Shown: positions 1-9,712, counted from the first letter of the stretch. The stretch: 32,000 nt of DNA from Desulfotalea psychrophila LSv54 (GCF_000025945.1 NC_006138.1:720001-752000); one strand, 5' to 3'. Notes: a model not told the origin generated them from the letters alone. Translations and numbers: made by a program.

Positions 1-827
1 GCGGCCATGGGGGCATCACTCTTTGGCTTTTCCCGTCGATATGCTCTATAGAGGTATCTATCATTAAATTCTATAGACTCTCCGTGTCTGTATGTCTTGG
101 TAAAGGCCCTTATCCTTTTCTTGTAAAATTCATTAAGGTGATCTATCCCACCGGGAACATTATTGGCGAGCATGTTATCAATTATCACCACCGAATTATA
201 GAGGTTAACCGGGGGATTGATAAGTAATACCTTGCTGAAGTTAAAGGACTTCTCTCTCTCGTCCATATGGGAGAGGAACACCGATTGAGCGGCACCCAGG
301 CTATATCCGGCAAGATAGAACTCCGTCACCTTCATATTTTTTTCTACTTTTTGCCAGATTGCCCGCATGACTCGGTAAAGATCAGCCGAATCCTCTTTCA
401 GGTTACCGGGGACACTACTGGTGGAAGCAGAAACTATAAAATCGGTAAAGCTGGGCGAAGAGAGAGAGATGACATGGTAACCGGCCTGGTAGAAGGCCCC
501 CTGCATAATTTTCATTTTGGGACTTTGAAAACTCGCGCCCGTTCCTGCGATTAAAAAGATAAGGGGGGCCGGACATTTCTGGGCTTGATAGGAGTAGTTT
601 AACTCAGCCATGTTCCAGAGCACTCCCGGCACCTTTCGCTCAGGAAATATTACAATTGATTCGAGTTTGGTGGGAAGTTCCTTGGGCAGTACTGCGGCAA
701 ACTCGTCAGGCGTGTTGAGTACCGTTGCCACATATGGATCTTTAAATGGATAATCATAGGCATTTGCCATAGTGCTACTGAGCAGTAACAGGCAAAGCCA
801 GGTACTCAATATTCGATTGATCAGCAT
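1..827 (-). CDS. secreted alpha/beta-fold hydrolase (esterase/lipase-like), 3' end runs off the window
   Basis: Missing from the ORF track because it is open to the window edge. My minus-strand translation starts at ATG 827-825, with GGAGG 4 nt upstream. It gives MLINRILSTWLCLLLLSSTMANA/YDYPFKDPYV (signal-peptide-like), then LIFLIAGTGAS and a GYSLGA nucleophile elbow (GxSxG). There is no stop down to position 1. The 267..554 + ORF is its antisense shadow. Confidence 0.7.
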   Translation of the reverse strand, partial: MLINRILSTWLCLLLLSSTMANAYDYPFKDPYVATVLNTPDEFAAVLPKELPTKLESIVIFPERKVPGVLWNMAELNYSYQAQKCPAPLIFLIAGTGASFQSPKMKIMQGAFYQAGYHVISLSSPSFTDFIVSASTSSVPGNLKEDSADLYRVMRAIWQKVEKNMKVTEFYLAGYSLGAAQSVFLSHMDEREKSFNFSKVLLINPPVNLYNSVVIIDNMLANNVPGGIDHLNEFYKKRIRAFTKTYRHGESIEFNDRYLYRAYRREKPKSDAPMA

Positions 828-1188
828 CTTTCCTCCCTCAATATAAATTACCATTTACCCAGAGGTCGCTCATATGCTTCCTCTAATCTGGGGGTATGCC
901 CTTTAACATTTGCCATAGAGATAGCTGAAATTTTCAGGTGGGAATAGCGCAGGGGAAAAACAGACGAGCAACCCTTGGTTGGCTATTAGTATTTTATTTC
1001 ATGAAAATCAGTGGCTAAGGTGAGAATATCACAGCAGACATAGTTTGGGCAAAAAAAATCAGCCATTATCGATACGCAGTGCTTGACGATTTTCTCTGAA
1101 TTAATAATCAACAGCCTTGATTTAAGGCCGTATCCTGATGTGGTAAGGATGGATTTTATGGAGGAGTAAGGGGGGGGTACTTGAAACG

Positions 1189-1230
1189 AAAAAAGGGAAT
1201 TAAAGCATAAGCTTTAATTCCCTTTTTATT
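1189..1230 (-). terminator. rho-independent terminator after the tRNA operon (bidirectional shape)
   Basis: Perfect 12-bp stem gggaattaaagc / gctttaattccc (1195-1206 and 1211-1222) with a 4-nt loop. It has an A-run on one side and a T-run on the other, so a U-tract follows the hairpin on either strand. Confidence 0.6.
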
Positions 1231-1233
1231 CGA

Positions 1234-1311
1234 TGGTCGGGGCGGTAGGATTCGAACCTACGGCCTCCTGCTCCCAAGGCAGGCGCGCTAACCAGGCTGC
1301 GCTACGCCCCG
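1234..1311 (-). tRNA. tRNA-Pro (anticodon UGG)
   Basis: The reverse complement reads CGGGGCGTAGCGCAGCCTGGTTAGCGCGCCTGCCTTGGGAGCAGGAGGCCGTAGGTTCGAATCCTACCGCCCCGACCA. It folds as a cloverleaf with anticodon stem CCTGC/GCAGG, loop CTTGGGA, a GGTTCGAATCC T-arm and an encoded CCA. Confidence 0.93.
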
Positions 1312-1348
1312 ACTATATAAAGTTTCAAATAAATGAAACGAATGTACT

Positions 1349-1424
1349 TGGCTCCCCGGGACGGATTCGAACCGCCGACAAGGTGATTAACAGTCACCCG
1401 CTCTACCAACTGAGCTACCGAGGA
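1349..1424 (-). tRNA. tRNA-Asn (anticodon GUU)
   Basis: The reverse complement reads TCCTCGGTAGCTCAGTTGGTAGAGCGGGTGACTGTTAATCACCTTGTCGGCGGTTCGAATCCGTCCCGGGGAGCCA. Anticodon stem is GGTGA/TCACC with loop CTGTTAA. It has a canonical D-arm and T-arm and an encoded CCA. Confidence 0.93.
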
Positions 1425-1477
1425 ACACAGAAGCATTAAGAGGTTGTTGTTATCAACCGTGCTCCGTATGGGGCGAG

Positions 1478-1506
1478 AATATACGGTAATCGGGTCCTGC
1501 TGTCAA
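1478..1506 (-). promoter_or_regulatory. sigma70-type promoter of the tRNA-Asn/tRNA-Pro operon
   Basis: The minus strand reads TTGACA (1506-1501), a 17-nt spacer, then TATATT (1483-1478), followed by the GC-rich discriminator ctcgcccc. It lies about 50 nt upstream of tRNA-Asn. Confidence 0.6.
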
Positions 1507-1621
1507 CACCTTTCTGTATGTTTTTTTCTGTTAAAAGGAAAAAACATAAAGACCAAGAAACACATGCTCTTTTTCTCCTTGAAATAGGGTTTTTTTTTGT
1601 TTTCCTAGCCTGTAATCTTTT

Positions 1622-2371
1622 TTACTTGTCGATGGCAAGTGCTGCCCAACTTTGACAGACAGGCATGATTTCTATAGAGTTAATATTTACATGGGCGGGT
1701 CGACTGGCAGACCAGAAAATAGTTTCCGCAATATCCGTGGCTGAGAGGTTTTCATGACCAGCATAAACACTACTGGCTCGTTTTTCGTCACCTGAAAAGC
1801 GAACAGCGGAGAATTCTGTTTCGGCAAGGCCTGGTTCTATATTGGTTACTCTAATGCCTGTTCCTGCGACATCGCAACGGAGATTACGGGAAAATTGGGC
1901 GACAAAGGCCTTGGAGGCACCATAGGTGTTTCCTCCTGGATAGGGATAGCTACCTGCCACCGAGCCAATATTGATAATATGACCGGTTCTATTTTTCATC
2001 ATCTGCGGTAAAATAAGGCGAGTCATATAGAGAAGACCGCTAATATTAGTATTGATCATTGTCTGCCAATGATCTAAGTCTGCTTTATCTGAGCCCTCCA
2101 GGCCGAGGGCAAGGCCAGCATTGTTAACAAGTATATCAATCTGGGAAAATTGTTGAGGAATATTGCTCACAAAATCTTCCACCTCATCTCGCACAGAAAT
2201 ATCAAACTGGGCGATATGAACGGGAACATTTTCCAGTTCTTTTTGTATTGTTTCGAGTCGATCCTGGCGTCTACCGCAGAGAATTAACTGCCAGTTGTGA
2301 GCTGCAAAAAGTTTTGCTGTTGCCTTGCCAAATCCAGATGTTGCTCCTGTTATTAGAATAGTTTTTTGCAT
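1622..2371 (-). CDS. NADP-dependent short-chain dehydrogenase/reductase, YdfG-like 3-hydroxy acid dehydrogenase
   Basis: 249 aa. It carries TGATSGFG (Rossmann TGxxxGxG), NNAG, and YGASKAF (catalytic YxxxK). The N-terminus resembles E. coli YdfG, recalled from memory. Confidence 0.88.
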   Translation of the reverse strand: MQKTILITGATSGFGKATAKLFAAHNWQLILCGRRQDRLETIQKELENVPVHIAQFDISVRDEVEDFVSNIPQQFSQIDILVNNAGLALGLEGSDKADLDHWQTMINTNISGLLYMTRLILPQMMKNRTGHIINIGSVAGSYPYPGGNTYGASKAFVAQFSRNLRCDVAGTGIRVTNIEPGLAETEFSAVRFSGDEKRASSVYAGHENLSATDIAETIFWSASRPAHVNINSIEIMPVCQSWAALAIDK

Positions 2372-2668
2372 ATGGGGCCTCTCTTTATAGGGTTTCGTAA
2401 AAAACTGTAAAGAATTATTTTACAGTAACTATAGGGGTATGCAGGGAAGTATAGTATATAATTAATGAAAAAATGAATTAAATGTTGCATGCGTATTTTT
2501 CATGACTGTTGTCATGGATTGTAAGGAGTGATATGCAGAAGTTAGAAAAGACCGTAATCTGCAGAAGGCAGTGTTGTTTTCTTGCAAGATTAATCAACTA
2601 CTGTACTTTGATAAACAGAGACAGAAAGCGGTTATTAAATCCATATTAAAGTTTTTTAAGAGAACATT

Positions 2669-4774
2669 ATGCTGGAACATCTTTTTTCCCCAAACAAAAT
2701 AGCTGTTATTGGTGCATCACGACAGGTCGGTGCTGTAGGGCATGACATTGTTAAAAACCTTATTGAAGGAGGTTTTGCAGGTGAAATTATTCCGGTGAAC
2801 CCTGCCGGAGGTACTTTGCTGGGTTTGCCTGTTTACACAAGCCTTAAGGAGTATAAAGAATCTCTTGATATGGCTATTATTGCTGTAAACAAGGATCTTA
2901 TTATTGATGTTGTTCAGGATGCGCTGAGCAAGAGATGCACAACTATAGTTGCCATTGGTGCAGGTTTTAAAGAGAGTGGTGACGAGGGTGCCATGCTTGA
3001 GCAGGAGGTTTTGACCCTGTGCAAGCGATCCGGTGCGCGCTTACTCGGACCAAACTGTCTTGGTTTTATTAACACCGAATTGAAGATAAATGCATCCTTT
3101 GCCGGGCCAATGCCTCGCAAAGGTGGAATTAGTATTTTTTCTCAATCAGGTGCCCTTGCTACGGCGATGCTTGACCAGGCAGAGCAACGCGGTCTTGGTG
3201 TTTCTAAGCTTATCAGTGTTGGTAATAAGGCCGATATTACAGAAAACGATTTGCTCAGTTATTTTGCCGCAGATTCGTCTACAAAGGTTGTTGCTGGCTA
3301 TTTAGAGAATATTGTTAATGGTAATAATTTTCTTAAACATGCCACTCATATATCACGTAAAAAGCCTGTTATTCTTTTAAAATCAGGAACAAGTGAAGCG
3401 GGACAAAAATCGGCTACCAGTCATACCGGTGCCTTTACTGGTACTGACACTGCCTATGGTGCTGCCTTTAAACGGGCCGGAATTGTTCGAGCCGATAACT
3501 TTGATGACCTCTTTGATTGCACCATGGCTTTTTCTAATCAGCCTCTGCCGAAGGGTAATCGGGTACTTATTATCAGTAATGCCGGTGGAACAGGGACAAT
3601 TGCTGCCGATGCTGTGGAACATACAGGCTTTAAGGTAGCTGAACCACCGAGTAATAAAACCAACTCTCTCCGTGGTAGAAAACCCATTTATTCGGATATT
3701 GAAAGTCCTGTTTATGTTTTGGGTGATGCCCCGGCGGCTCTCTATGTTGAGGCTATATCAACAGCTCAAGAGGATAGTAATGTTGACGCTATTGTTCTTG
3801 TCTTAACCCCGGCAGCAATGACCGAGGCGAAAGCTGTACTTCTTGGTATTGCTGAAGTTTTGGATGGTAGCAAACCTCTTCTCTGTTGTCTGATGGGTGG
3901 TGGGGCATATGTTCCTCCTATGCATGAGCTCGTTGATGCAGGCCTGGCTATTTTCCCGACTCCTGAACGAGCAGTCGCAGCCTTTTCTGCAATGTATAAC
4001 CATGCCAGTTGGCGTTCTCTCCCCCCTCGAATTGTTACTCGTTTTCGGGTGAATCGTCGTCGTGCCGGTCGTATAATTCAGCGTAGTCAGGCCAGCGGAG
4101 TTCGTCGTTTGGGCGAGGTAAGGGCTAAGAAAATACTTGATGCCTATGGTTTCAATGTACCAGAGGGCTATCTTGTTGATTCAGCAGATGAGGCCGTGGA
4201 GTATGCGCGCAGGATTGGTTTTCCCGTGGCCCTAAAGGTTGTTTCTCCCGACATTGTTCATAAAACAGATATGGGTGGAGTATGTCTGAATCTTACCAAT
4301 GCTCAGCAGGTACAGGATGGTTATGATCTGATGAAGCTGCGGATTAAGCAGCAGCTACCTAATGCCAGAATTCAAGGTGTTTATGTTGAGAAGATGGCTG
4401 ATCCGGGACTTGAGGTTATTATCGGTATGAACCGGGATCCACAGTTTGGACCTATGTTGATGTTTGGCCTTGGTGGTATTTTTGTTGAGGTGATGAAGGA
4501 TGTCACCTTTCATCTGGCGCCTATAACCCAGGATGAGGCAATTCAGATGCTTAAAGCCACTCGCTCTTACCAAATTATGGAAGGACGGCGCGGTAATAAG
4601 GCTGTTGATATTGTGGCAATTGCAAACGGTCTTCAGAGAATTAGTCAGCTGGCAACGGATTATCCGCAGATAGTGGAACTTGATATTAATCCTTTTATTG
4701 TCGGTGAGGTGGGAAGTGATCCAATTGTTGCAGATGCATGTATCACCCTCGAAATTCCGGAAGAGACTCTTTAA
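2669..4774 (+). CDS. ADP-forming acetyl-CoA synthetase / acetate--CoA ligase family protein (fused alpha-beta, CoA-binding plus ATP-grasp)
   Basis: 701 aa. It has an N-terminal CoA-binding Rossmann segment (IAVIGASR..VGHDIVKNL) and a GPNCLG motif. A SHTGAFTG loop fits the phosphohistidine loop of NDP-forming acyl-CoA synthetases. The C-terminal half is ATP-grasp-like. Confidence 0.85.
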   Translation: MLEHLFSPNKIAVIGASRQVGAVGHDIVKNLIEGGFAGEIIPVNPAGGTLLGLPVYTSLKEYKESLDMAIIAVNKDLIIDVVQDALSKRCTTIVAIGAGFKESGDEGAMLEQEVLTLCKRSGARLLGPNCLGFINTELKINASFAGPMPRKGGISIFSQSGALATAMLDQAEQRGLGVSKLISVGNKADITENDLLSYFAADSSTKVVAGYLENIVNGNNFLKHATHISRKKPVILLKSGTSEAGQKSATSHTGAFTGTDTAYGAAFKRAGIVRADNFDDLFDCTMAFSNQPLPKGNRVLIISNAGGTGTIAADAVEHTGFKVAEPPSNKTNSLRGRKPIYSDIESPVYVLGDAPAALYVEAISTAQEDSNVDAIVLVLTPAAMTEAKAVLLGIAEVLDGSKPLLCCLMGGGAYVPPMHELVDAGLAIFPTPERAVAAFSAMYNHASWRSLPPRIVTRFRVNRRRAGRIIQRSQASGVRRLGEVRAKKILDAYGFNVPEGYLVDSADEAVEYARRIGFPVALKVVSPDIVHKTDMGGVCLNLTNAQQVQDGYDLMKLRIKQQLPNARIQGVYVEKMADPGLEVIIGMNRDPQFGPMLMFGLGGIFVEVMKDVTFHLAPITQDEAIQMLKATRSYQIMEGRRGNKAVDIVAIANGLQRISQLATDYPQIVELDINPFIVGEVGSDPIVADACITLEIPEETL

Positions 4775-4795
4775 ATTGAATATGCGGATCATAAG

Positions 4796-6685
4796 GTGAT
4801 GATCATGGACTATGATGTAAATTGGCGAAATAACTATAAAGAAATGGTTAGCACAGCAAAACGTGCTGTGAAGCAGATTCGTTCTGGACAGCGAGTTTTT
4901 ATCGGCACCGGTTGTGGAGAACCAACCGAGCTGGTAAGCGCGATGACCAAACGTGCCGGAGAACTTGCCGATGTGGAGATTATTCAACTCTTCACTAAAG
5001 GAAGTGCCCCCTATGCCCAGCAGAAATTTGCTAACAGCTTTCGTATAAATGCCTTCTTTATTGGGCAAAAGGTGCGTGATGCCATACGTAAAGGGGTGGG
5101 TAGTTATACCCCGGTTCTGCTCTCCAATGTACCAAACCTATTTAATTCAGGACAGATTCCCATTGATGTTGCCCTTATTCAGGTAACACGACCCAATGCC
5201 GCCGGTAAGGTGAGTCTTGGTGTTTCTGTGGATATTGTTCGCAGTGCAATTGATAATGCCTCACTGATCGTTGCCCAGGTAAATCCCAATATGCCATGGA
5301 CAGGAAGTGACAGTGTTATTGATATTCATGATTTGGATATTCTGGTACCGGTGGATGTGCCACTGCTTGAGCATATTTTGCCTGAACCTCATGAGGTGAG
5401 TCGTAAGATTGGTAAAAATGTAGCGGCCCTTGTTCCTGATGGAGCAACCCTGCAGATGGGAATGGGTAGGCTTCAGGAGTACGGTCGCATTCCCTATGCC
5501 GTTGTTGAGTTTTTAAAGAATAAGAAAAATCTTGGTATTCATACCGAGATGATAACGGATAATATCATTGAGTTGATTGAATCCGGAGCCGTCACTGGTA
5601 GCCGTAAGAGTCGTGACCGGGGTAAGATTGTTACCAGTCTCTGTATGGGAACCAAGAAGCTCTATGATTATATAGATGATAATCCTCTTTTTTGTTTCAG
5701 ACCTACGGAATACGTGAACGATTCTATTGTCATTAGCGAACAGACAAAGATGATTGCTATTAATATGGCCCAAGAGGTGGATCTGACAGGTCAGGTTTCT
5801 TCGGACTCCATTGAGGGGATTCTCTACTCTGGTATTGGTGGTTTGGTTGATTTTAACCGTGGCGCAGCCAGGTCCAAGCAGGGTAAAACCATCATCTGTA
5901 TTCCTTCAACCAATCCTGAGGGGACGAAATCGAATATTTTATCTGGCCTTAAGTCAGGTGCAGGGGTTGTTATTACTCGGGGTACGGTGCACTATATCGC
6001 TACGGAGTATGGTGTTGCCTATCTCTATGGTAAGTCTATTCAGGAACGGGCCATTGCCCTGATTTCCATAGCCCATCCGGCTTTTCGTGAGCAGCTCTTT
6101 AATGAAGCGGTGCAGGCGCACTATATTCATCCGGAGTTGGCAGGATTTGAAGATAAGTTTATCGTTTCAGCTGATGATTCGATGCGCACCTCTATGCTGC
6201 TCAACGATGGCACTCAGATTAACTTTAGATCCATCCTGCCCACCGATGAGCCTTTGATGCGTGAGCTGGTATATACCCTCTCCAAGGAGACGGTATACTA
6301 TCGTTTTATGAATCATCAGGCGAACTTCACCCATAGGCAGATTCAGGATTTTGTTTATATTGATCACCGTAAAGATGTGGCTATTGTTGGTGTTGTCCCC
6401 GAGGCTCATGGGGAGGATATTGTTGCCGTTGGTCGTTATTATCTTGATACCGAGACGAATCGGGCTGAGATAGCCTTTGTGGTTCATGATAAATGGCAGA
6501 ATAAAAGTTTAGGTTCTTTTCTCTTTAAGTTCCTGGCTGATATCGCGAAGCGAAATGGCATCACAGGTTTTACTGCAGAGGTATTACGGGAAAACCAGAG
6601 AATGCAGACTATTTTCAATCACTCAGGACATAAGGTAACTACTTGCTTGGAAGAGGGCGTTTATAGTTATGTTATTGATTTTTAA
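4796..6685 (+). CDS. acetyl-CoA hydrolase/transferase family domain fused to a C-terminal Pat-type GNAT acetyltransferase domain
   Basis: 629 aa. The first ~440 aa carry CoA-transferase motifs LGIHTEMITD and SGIGGLVDFNRGA. The last ~170 aa (FRSILPTDEP..YYRF..FTH..IDH..AEIAFVVHDKWQNKSLG..LEEGVYSYVIDF) align block by block with the GNAT domain of Pat/YfiQ, from memory. The track start at 4796 is GTG. ATG 4799 or 4805 may be the real start, since AAGGTG lies at 4793-4798. Confidence 0.8.
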   Translation: MMIMDYDVNWRNNYKEMVSTAKRAVKQIRSGQRVFIGTGCGEPTELVSAMTKRAGELADVEIIQLFTKGSAPYAQQKFANSFRINAFFIGQKVRDAIRKGVGSYTPVLLSNVPNLFNSGQIPIDVALIQVTRPNAAGKVSLGVSVDIVRSAIDNASLIVAQVNPNMPWTGSDSVIDIHDLDILVPVDVPLLEHILPEPHEVSRKIGKNVAALVPDGATLQMGMGRLQEYGRIPYAVVEFLKNKKNLGIHTEMITDNIIELIESGAVTGSRKSRDRGKIVTSLCMGTKKLYDYIDDNPLFCFRPTEYVNDSIVISEQTKMIAINMAQEVDLTGQVSSDSIEGILYSGIGGLVDFNRGAARSKQGKTIICIPSTNPEGTKSNILSGLKSGAGVVITRGTVHYIATEYGVAYLYGKSIQERAIALISIAHPAFREQLFNEAVQAHYIHPELAGFEDKFIVSADDSMRTSMLLNDGTQINFRSILPTDEPLMRELVYTLSKETVYYRFMNHQANFTHRQIQDFVYIDHRKDVAIVGVVPEAHGEDIVAVGRYYLDTETNRAEIAFVVHDKWQNKSLGSFLFKFLADIAKRNGITGFTAEVLRENQRMQTIFNHSGHKVTTCLEEGVYSYVIDF

Positions 6686-6717
6686 ATTTTTTTAAATGTT
6701 TTCATTTTAGAAAAATG

Positions 6718-6763
6718 AATAAGTTTGTTAGAGGCTTGCTGTCTCTGGCAAACTTATTTTTTT
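6718..6763 (+). terminator. rho-independent terminator after the ACD/transferase-GNAT pair
   Basis: Stem aataagtttg (6718-6727) pairs with caaacttatt (6749-6758) and is followed by a T-run to 6763. Confidence 0.6.
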
Positions 6764-6804
6764 ATAATCCGCACCTGTGTTTGATTTAAATGATGAGGAA
6801 TTTG

Positions 6805-8388
6805 ATGCGAATTGAAATATACGATACAACCCTACGTGATGGAACCCAGGCTGAAAATTTTAATATTTCTGTCGACGATAAGTTACGCATCGCCCAGGAA
6901 CTTGATACTCTGGGTGTTGATTTTATCGAGGGTGGTTGGCCGGGGTCTAATCCAGTGACCATCGAATTTTTTAATCGTATTGGAGAGATAGATCTTAAGC
7001 ATAGCAAGATTGTTGCCTTTGGTTCTACCCGGCATATAAAAAACAGGCCGGAAGAAGATGCAAATCTGCAGGCCCTGCTTGCTGCCAAGACACCTGCCAT
7101 TATCATCTTTGGGAAAAGTTGGGATATCCATGCAACGGATGCCCTCAATATTAGCCTGGAAGAGAATCTGCAAATTATCGAGGATAGTCTTGCCTATCTA
7201 CGCCCTCATGTAGAGCATCTCTTCTATGATGCGGAACATTTTTTTGATGGTTTCAAGAATAATGAAGAGTATGCCCTTAAAACTGTGGCAAGTGCCATTG
7301 CCGGTGGTGCTGAGCGCATTGTCCTCTGTGATACCAATGGTGGAACCCTGCCCCATGAAATCCCTCCCATTATCAAGCGGGTAAAAGAGTTTGTTGCCGG
7401 TTTGAGTGAGACAGTTGGTCTTGGTATTCATCCTCACAATGATTCAGACTCAGCGGTAGCCAATGCTCTGATGGCCGCATCCTCGGGGGTAGAGCAGATT
7501 CAGGGGACTATGAATGGTTTTGGTGAGCGCTGCGGAAATGCGAATCTGACCTCAATTATACCCGCCCTAGTCTTTAAGATGGGTTTTGACTGTGGGGTAA
7601 AAGAGCACATAAGTCGACTCTATGGTTGTTCACGTTTGGTGACTGAACTGGCCAACCTTCCCCATAACCACTATCAACCCTATGTGGGTAAGTCTGCCTT
7701 TGCTCATAAGGGGGGCATCCATGTCAGTGCCGTTAAGCGTAATCCACTTACCTATGAGCATATTGCTCCGGAGCTGGTGGGCAATAGCAGAAGGATTTTG
7801 CTCTCGGATCAGGCGGGCCGGGCCAATATTCTCTTTAAGGCCAAGGAGTGGGGAATTCACATTCGTCCGGATGATCCTATCTTGCCGGCCATTATCAAGG
7901 AGCTTAAGGAACTTGAGAACCTTGGCTATCAGTATGAGGCTGCAGAGGCAAGTTTTGAGCTTATTATGCGCAAGCTTTTGGGCTTGAGGAGAAACTATTT
8001 TTCCTTTCAGGGCTTTCGGGTAACGGATAATAAGTATCGCATGGATAAGCCACCTCTCACCGAGGCAACTATTCGTCTCTCTGTGGGGGGGGTGGAGGTA
8101 CATACTGCCGCTGGTGGCGATGGCCCGGTAAATGCCCTTGATTCTGCAATCCGTAAGGCGCTTATACGATTTTATCCCATCCTGGAAGAGATGGAGCTTG
8201 TCGATTTTAAGGTGCGGGTTCTTTCAGGAGAGTATGGAACAGAGGCCAAGGTACGTGTTCTTATCGAGAGCCGTGATGGTGAGGAGAGTTGGGGTACGGT
8301 CGGCGTTTCGGTTAACATAATAGAGGCAAGTTGGCAGGCCCTTATCGACTCTATTACCTATAAATTAATGAAAGAAGAAAAGAAGTAG
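6805..8388 (+). CDS. cimA: (R)-citramalate synthase (LeuA/HMGL-like family)
   Basis: MRIEIYDTTLRDGTQAENFNISVDDKLRIAQELDTLGVDFIEGGWPGSNP is the signature N-terminus of CimA-type 2-isopropylmalate/citramalate synthases. A C-terminal LeuA-type regulatory domain is present. I prefer ATG 6805 (GAGGA 5 nt upstream) over the track start at 6790. Confidence 0.88.
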   Translation: MRIEIYDTTLRDGTQAENFNISVDDKLRIAQELDTLGVDFIEGGWPGSNPVTIEFFNRIGEIDLKHSKIVAFGSTRHIKNRPEEDANLQALLAAKTPAIIIFGKSWDIHATDALNISLEENLQIIEDSLAYLRPHVEHLFYDAEHFFDGFKNNEEYALKTVASAIAGGAERIVLCDTNGGTLPHEIPPIIKRVKEFVAGLSETVGLGIHPHNDSDSAVANALMAASSGVEQIQGTMNGFGERCGNANLTSIIPALVFKMGFDCGVKEHISRLYGCSRLVTELANLPHNHYQPYVGKSAFAHKGGIHVSAVKRNPLTYEHIAPELVGNSRRILLSDQAGRANILFKAKEWGIHIRPDDPILPAIIKELKELENLGYQYEAAEASFELIMRKLLGLRRNYFSFQGFRVTDNKYRMDKPPLTEATIRLSVGGVEVHTAAGGDGPVNALDSAIRKALIRFYPILEEMELVDFKVRVLSGEYGTEAKVRVLIESRDGEESWGTVGVSVNIIEASWQALIDSITYKLMKEEKK

Positions 8389-8413
8389 CAGGATGGCTAC
8401 TTGGTAAAGATAG

Positions 8414-8448
8414 CAAAAAAAGGATAACCCGATATCTCGGGTTATCCT
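8414..8448 (-). terminator. strong hairpin whose U-tract is on the minus strand only
   Basis: 12-bp stem aggataacccga / tcgggttatcct with loop tatc. An A-run (8414-8420) lies on its left and C-rich sequence on its right. It is therefore a canonical intrinsic terminator only for minus-strand transcription, although both flanking genes are on the plus strand. Confidence 0.4.
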
Positions 8449-8671
8449 CCTTCCCCCCCTCCTCAAAAAATTACCTCTCAAAAAATTCGAAGACTATAGT
8501 CCCTATCGCTACAGGATAGTTTTATCCCCTCTTGGCAAAAGAGGAGGAAAAAATTAATGCCTTCCTTTATAAGGCAATGAGTTTGCGTTATTCTCTGTGG
8601 AAGTGGTGGGGCTCTATGGTATTATATGGCATGGCTTAAAATAAGAATAATGATGGTTAAGAGGAGGATCT

Positions 8672-9649
8672 ATGAAACCCCCAGTACGAGTTGCTATTAC
8701 CGGTGCAGCCGGCCACGTTAGTTATTCTCTTATCTTTCGTATTGCAGCAGGTCATATGCTTGGTAAAGACCAGCCTGTAATTCTTCAACTCCTGGAGATC
8801 CCTCAGGCAATGGATGTATTGAAGGGTGTGGTCCTGGAACTTGAAGACTGTGCCTTTCCCCTGCTGCACGGTCTTGTCTGTTCCGATGATGTTCATGTGG
8901 CCTTTAAGGATGCAGACTATGCTATTTTGGTGGGTGCTCGTCCCCGTGGCCCAGGGATGGAGCGTTCTGATCTGATTCAGGCCAACGGACCTATTTTTAC
9001 AACCCAGGGTGAGGCCCTGAGTGCCGAGGCAAATCCCGAGGTAAAGGTACTTGTTGTTGGCAATCCTGCTAATACCAATGCCCTTATTCTGCTCAAGAAC
9101 GCGCCCTATATAAATCCTCGTAATATAACAGCTATGATGCGCCTGGATCACAATAGAGCCTTATTTCAGGTTGCCAAGAAAATGGGCTGTCACTGCAGTG
9201 ATGTTGAAAAGATGGTTGTTTGGGGAAATCACTCTGCGAGCCAATTCCCAGATATAAGCTATGCTGAAATTGCAGGTGAGAAGGTTGCTAAAGGTGTTGA
9301 GAATAATTGGCATGGTGATAATCTTATTCCGATAATTCAACAACGTGGAGCTGCTGTTATAAAGGCTCGTGGAGCTTCCAGCGCTGCCTCTGCTGCCTCT
9401 GCTGCTATTGATCATATGAGAAACTGGGTGCTTGGTTCCGGTGGTAAATGGGTAAGTATGGGGGTTTATAGCAGGGGCAACAGCTATGGCCTTGATGAAG
9501 ATATAATGTTTAGCTTGCCCGTTATCTGTGAAGACGGTGACTGGCGGGAGGTAGCAGGTCTTGAACTCTCCTCTTTTCAACGGGCGATGCTAGAGGCAAC
9601 GGAGGCTGAACTTCAGGCTGAACGGGAGGCTGTTGCCGATATAATTTAG
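8672..9649 (+). CDS. mdh: NAD-dependent malate dehydrogenase (long, cytosolic/Thermus-type)
   Basis: 325 aa. [16 protein letters not shown] is the NAD-binding fold and MRLDHNRA is the catalytic His/Asp-Arg block. GNPANTNA is also present. GAGGAGG sits 5 nt upstream of the ATG. Confidence 0.93.
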   Translation: MKPPVRVAITGAAGHVSYSLIFRIAAGHMLGKDQPVILQLLEIPQAMDVLKGVVLELEDCAFPLLHGLVCSDDVHVAFKDADYAILVGARPRGPGMERSDLIQANGPIFTTQGEALSAEANPEVKVLVVGNPANTNALILLKNAPYINPRNITAMMRLDHNRALFQVAKKMGCHCSDVEKMVVWGNHSASQFPDISYAEIAGEKVAKGVENNWHGDNLIPIIQQRGAAVIKARGASSAASAASAAIDHMRNWVLGSGGKWVSMGVYSRGNSYGLDEDIMFSLPVICEDGDWREVAGLELSSFQRAMLEATEAELQAEREAVADII

Positions 9650-9674
9650 TAGTCTTCTCTTAAGCAGAGAAAAA

Positions 9675-9712
9675 AGGTCCCATCCCACAGAGTGGGATGG
9701 GACCTTTCTCTT
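9675..9712. terminator. bidirectional terminator between convergent mdh and the DUF1456 gene
   Basis: 13-bp perfect stem aggtcccatccca / tgggatgggacct, with A-rich sequence upstream and a T-rich tract downstream. Confidence 0.65.

Noticed and set aside
267-554. 95-aa plus-strand ORF
   Set aside because: It lies antisense inside the longer minus-strand alpha/beta hydrolase ORF, which has an RBS, a signal peptide and a GxSxG motif.
1233-1439. 68-aa plus-strand ORF
   Set aside because: It is the antisense of two well-formed tRNA genes (Pro and Asn).
4355-5068. 237-aa minus-strand ORF, and similar long antisense ORFs (19082..19759 -, 19860..20441 -, 24434..24901 -, 26029..26502 -, 26871..27374 -, 30507..31238 +, 29853..30443 +, 31250..31612 -)
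   Set aside because: All lie fully inside strongly supported genes on the opposite strand. Their composition is low-complexity or biased, and none has a recognisable family or RBS. They are shadow ORFs.
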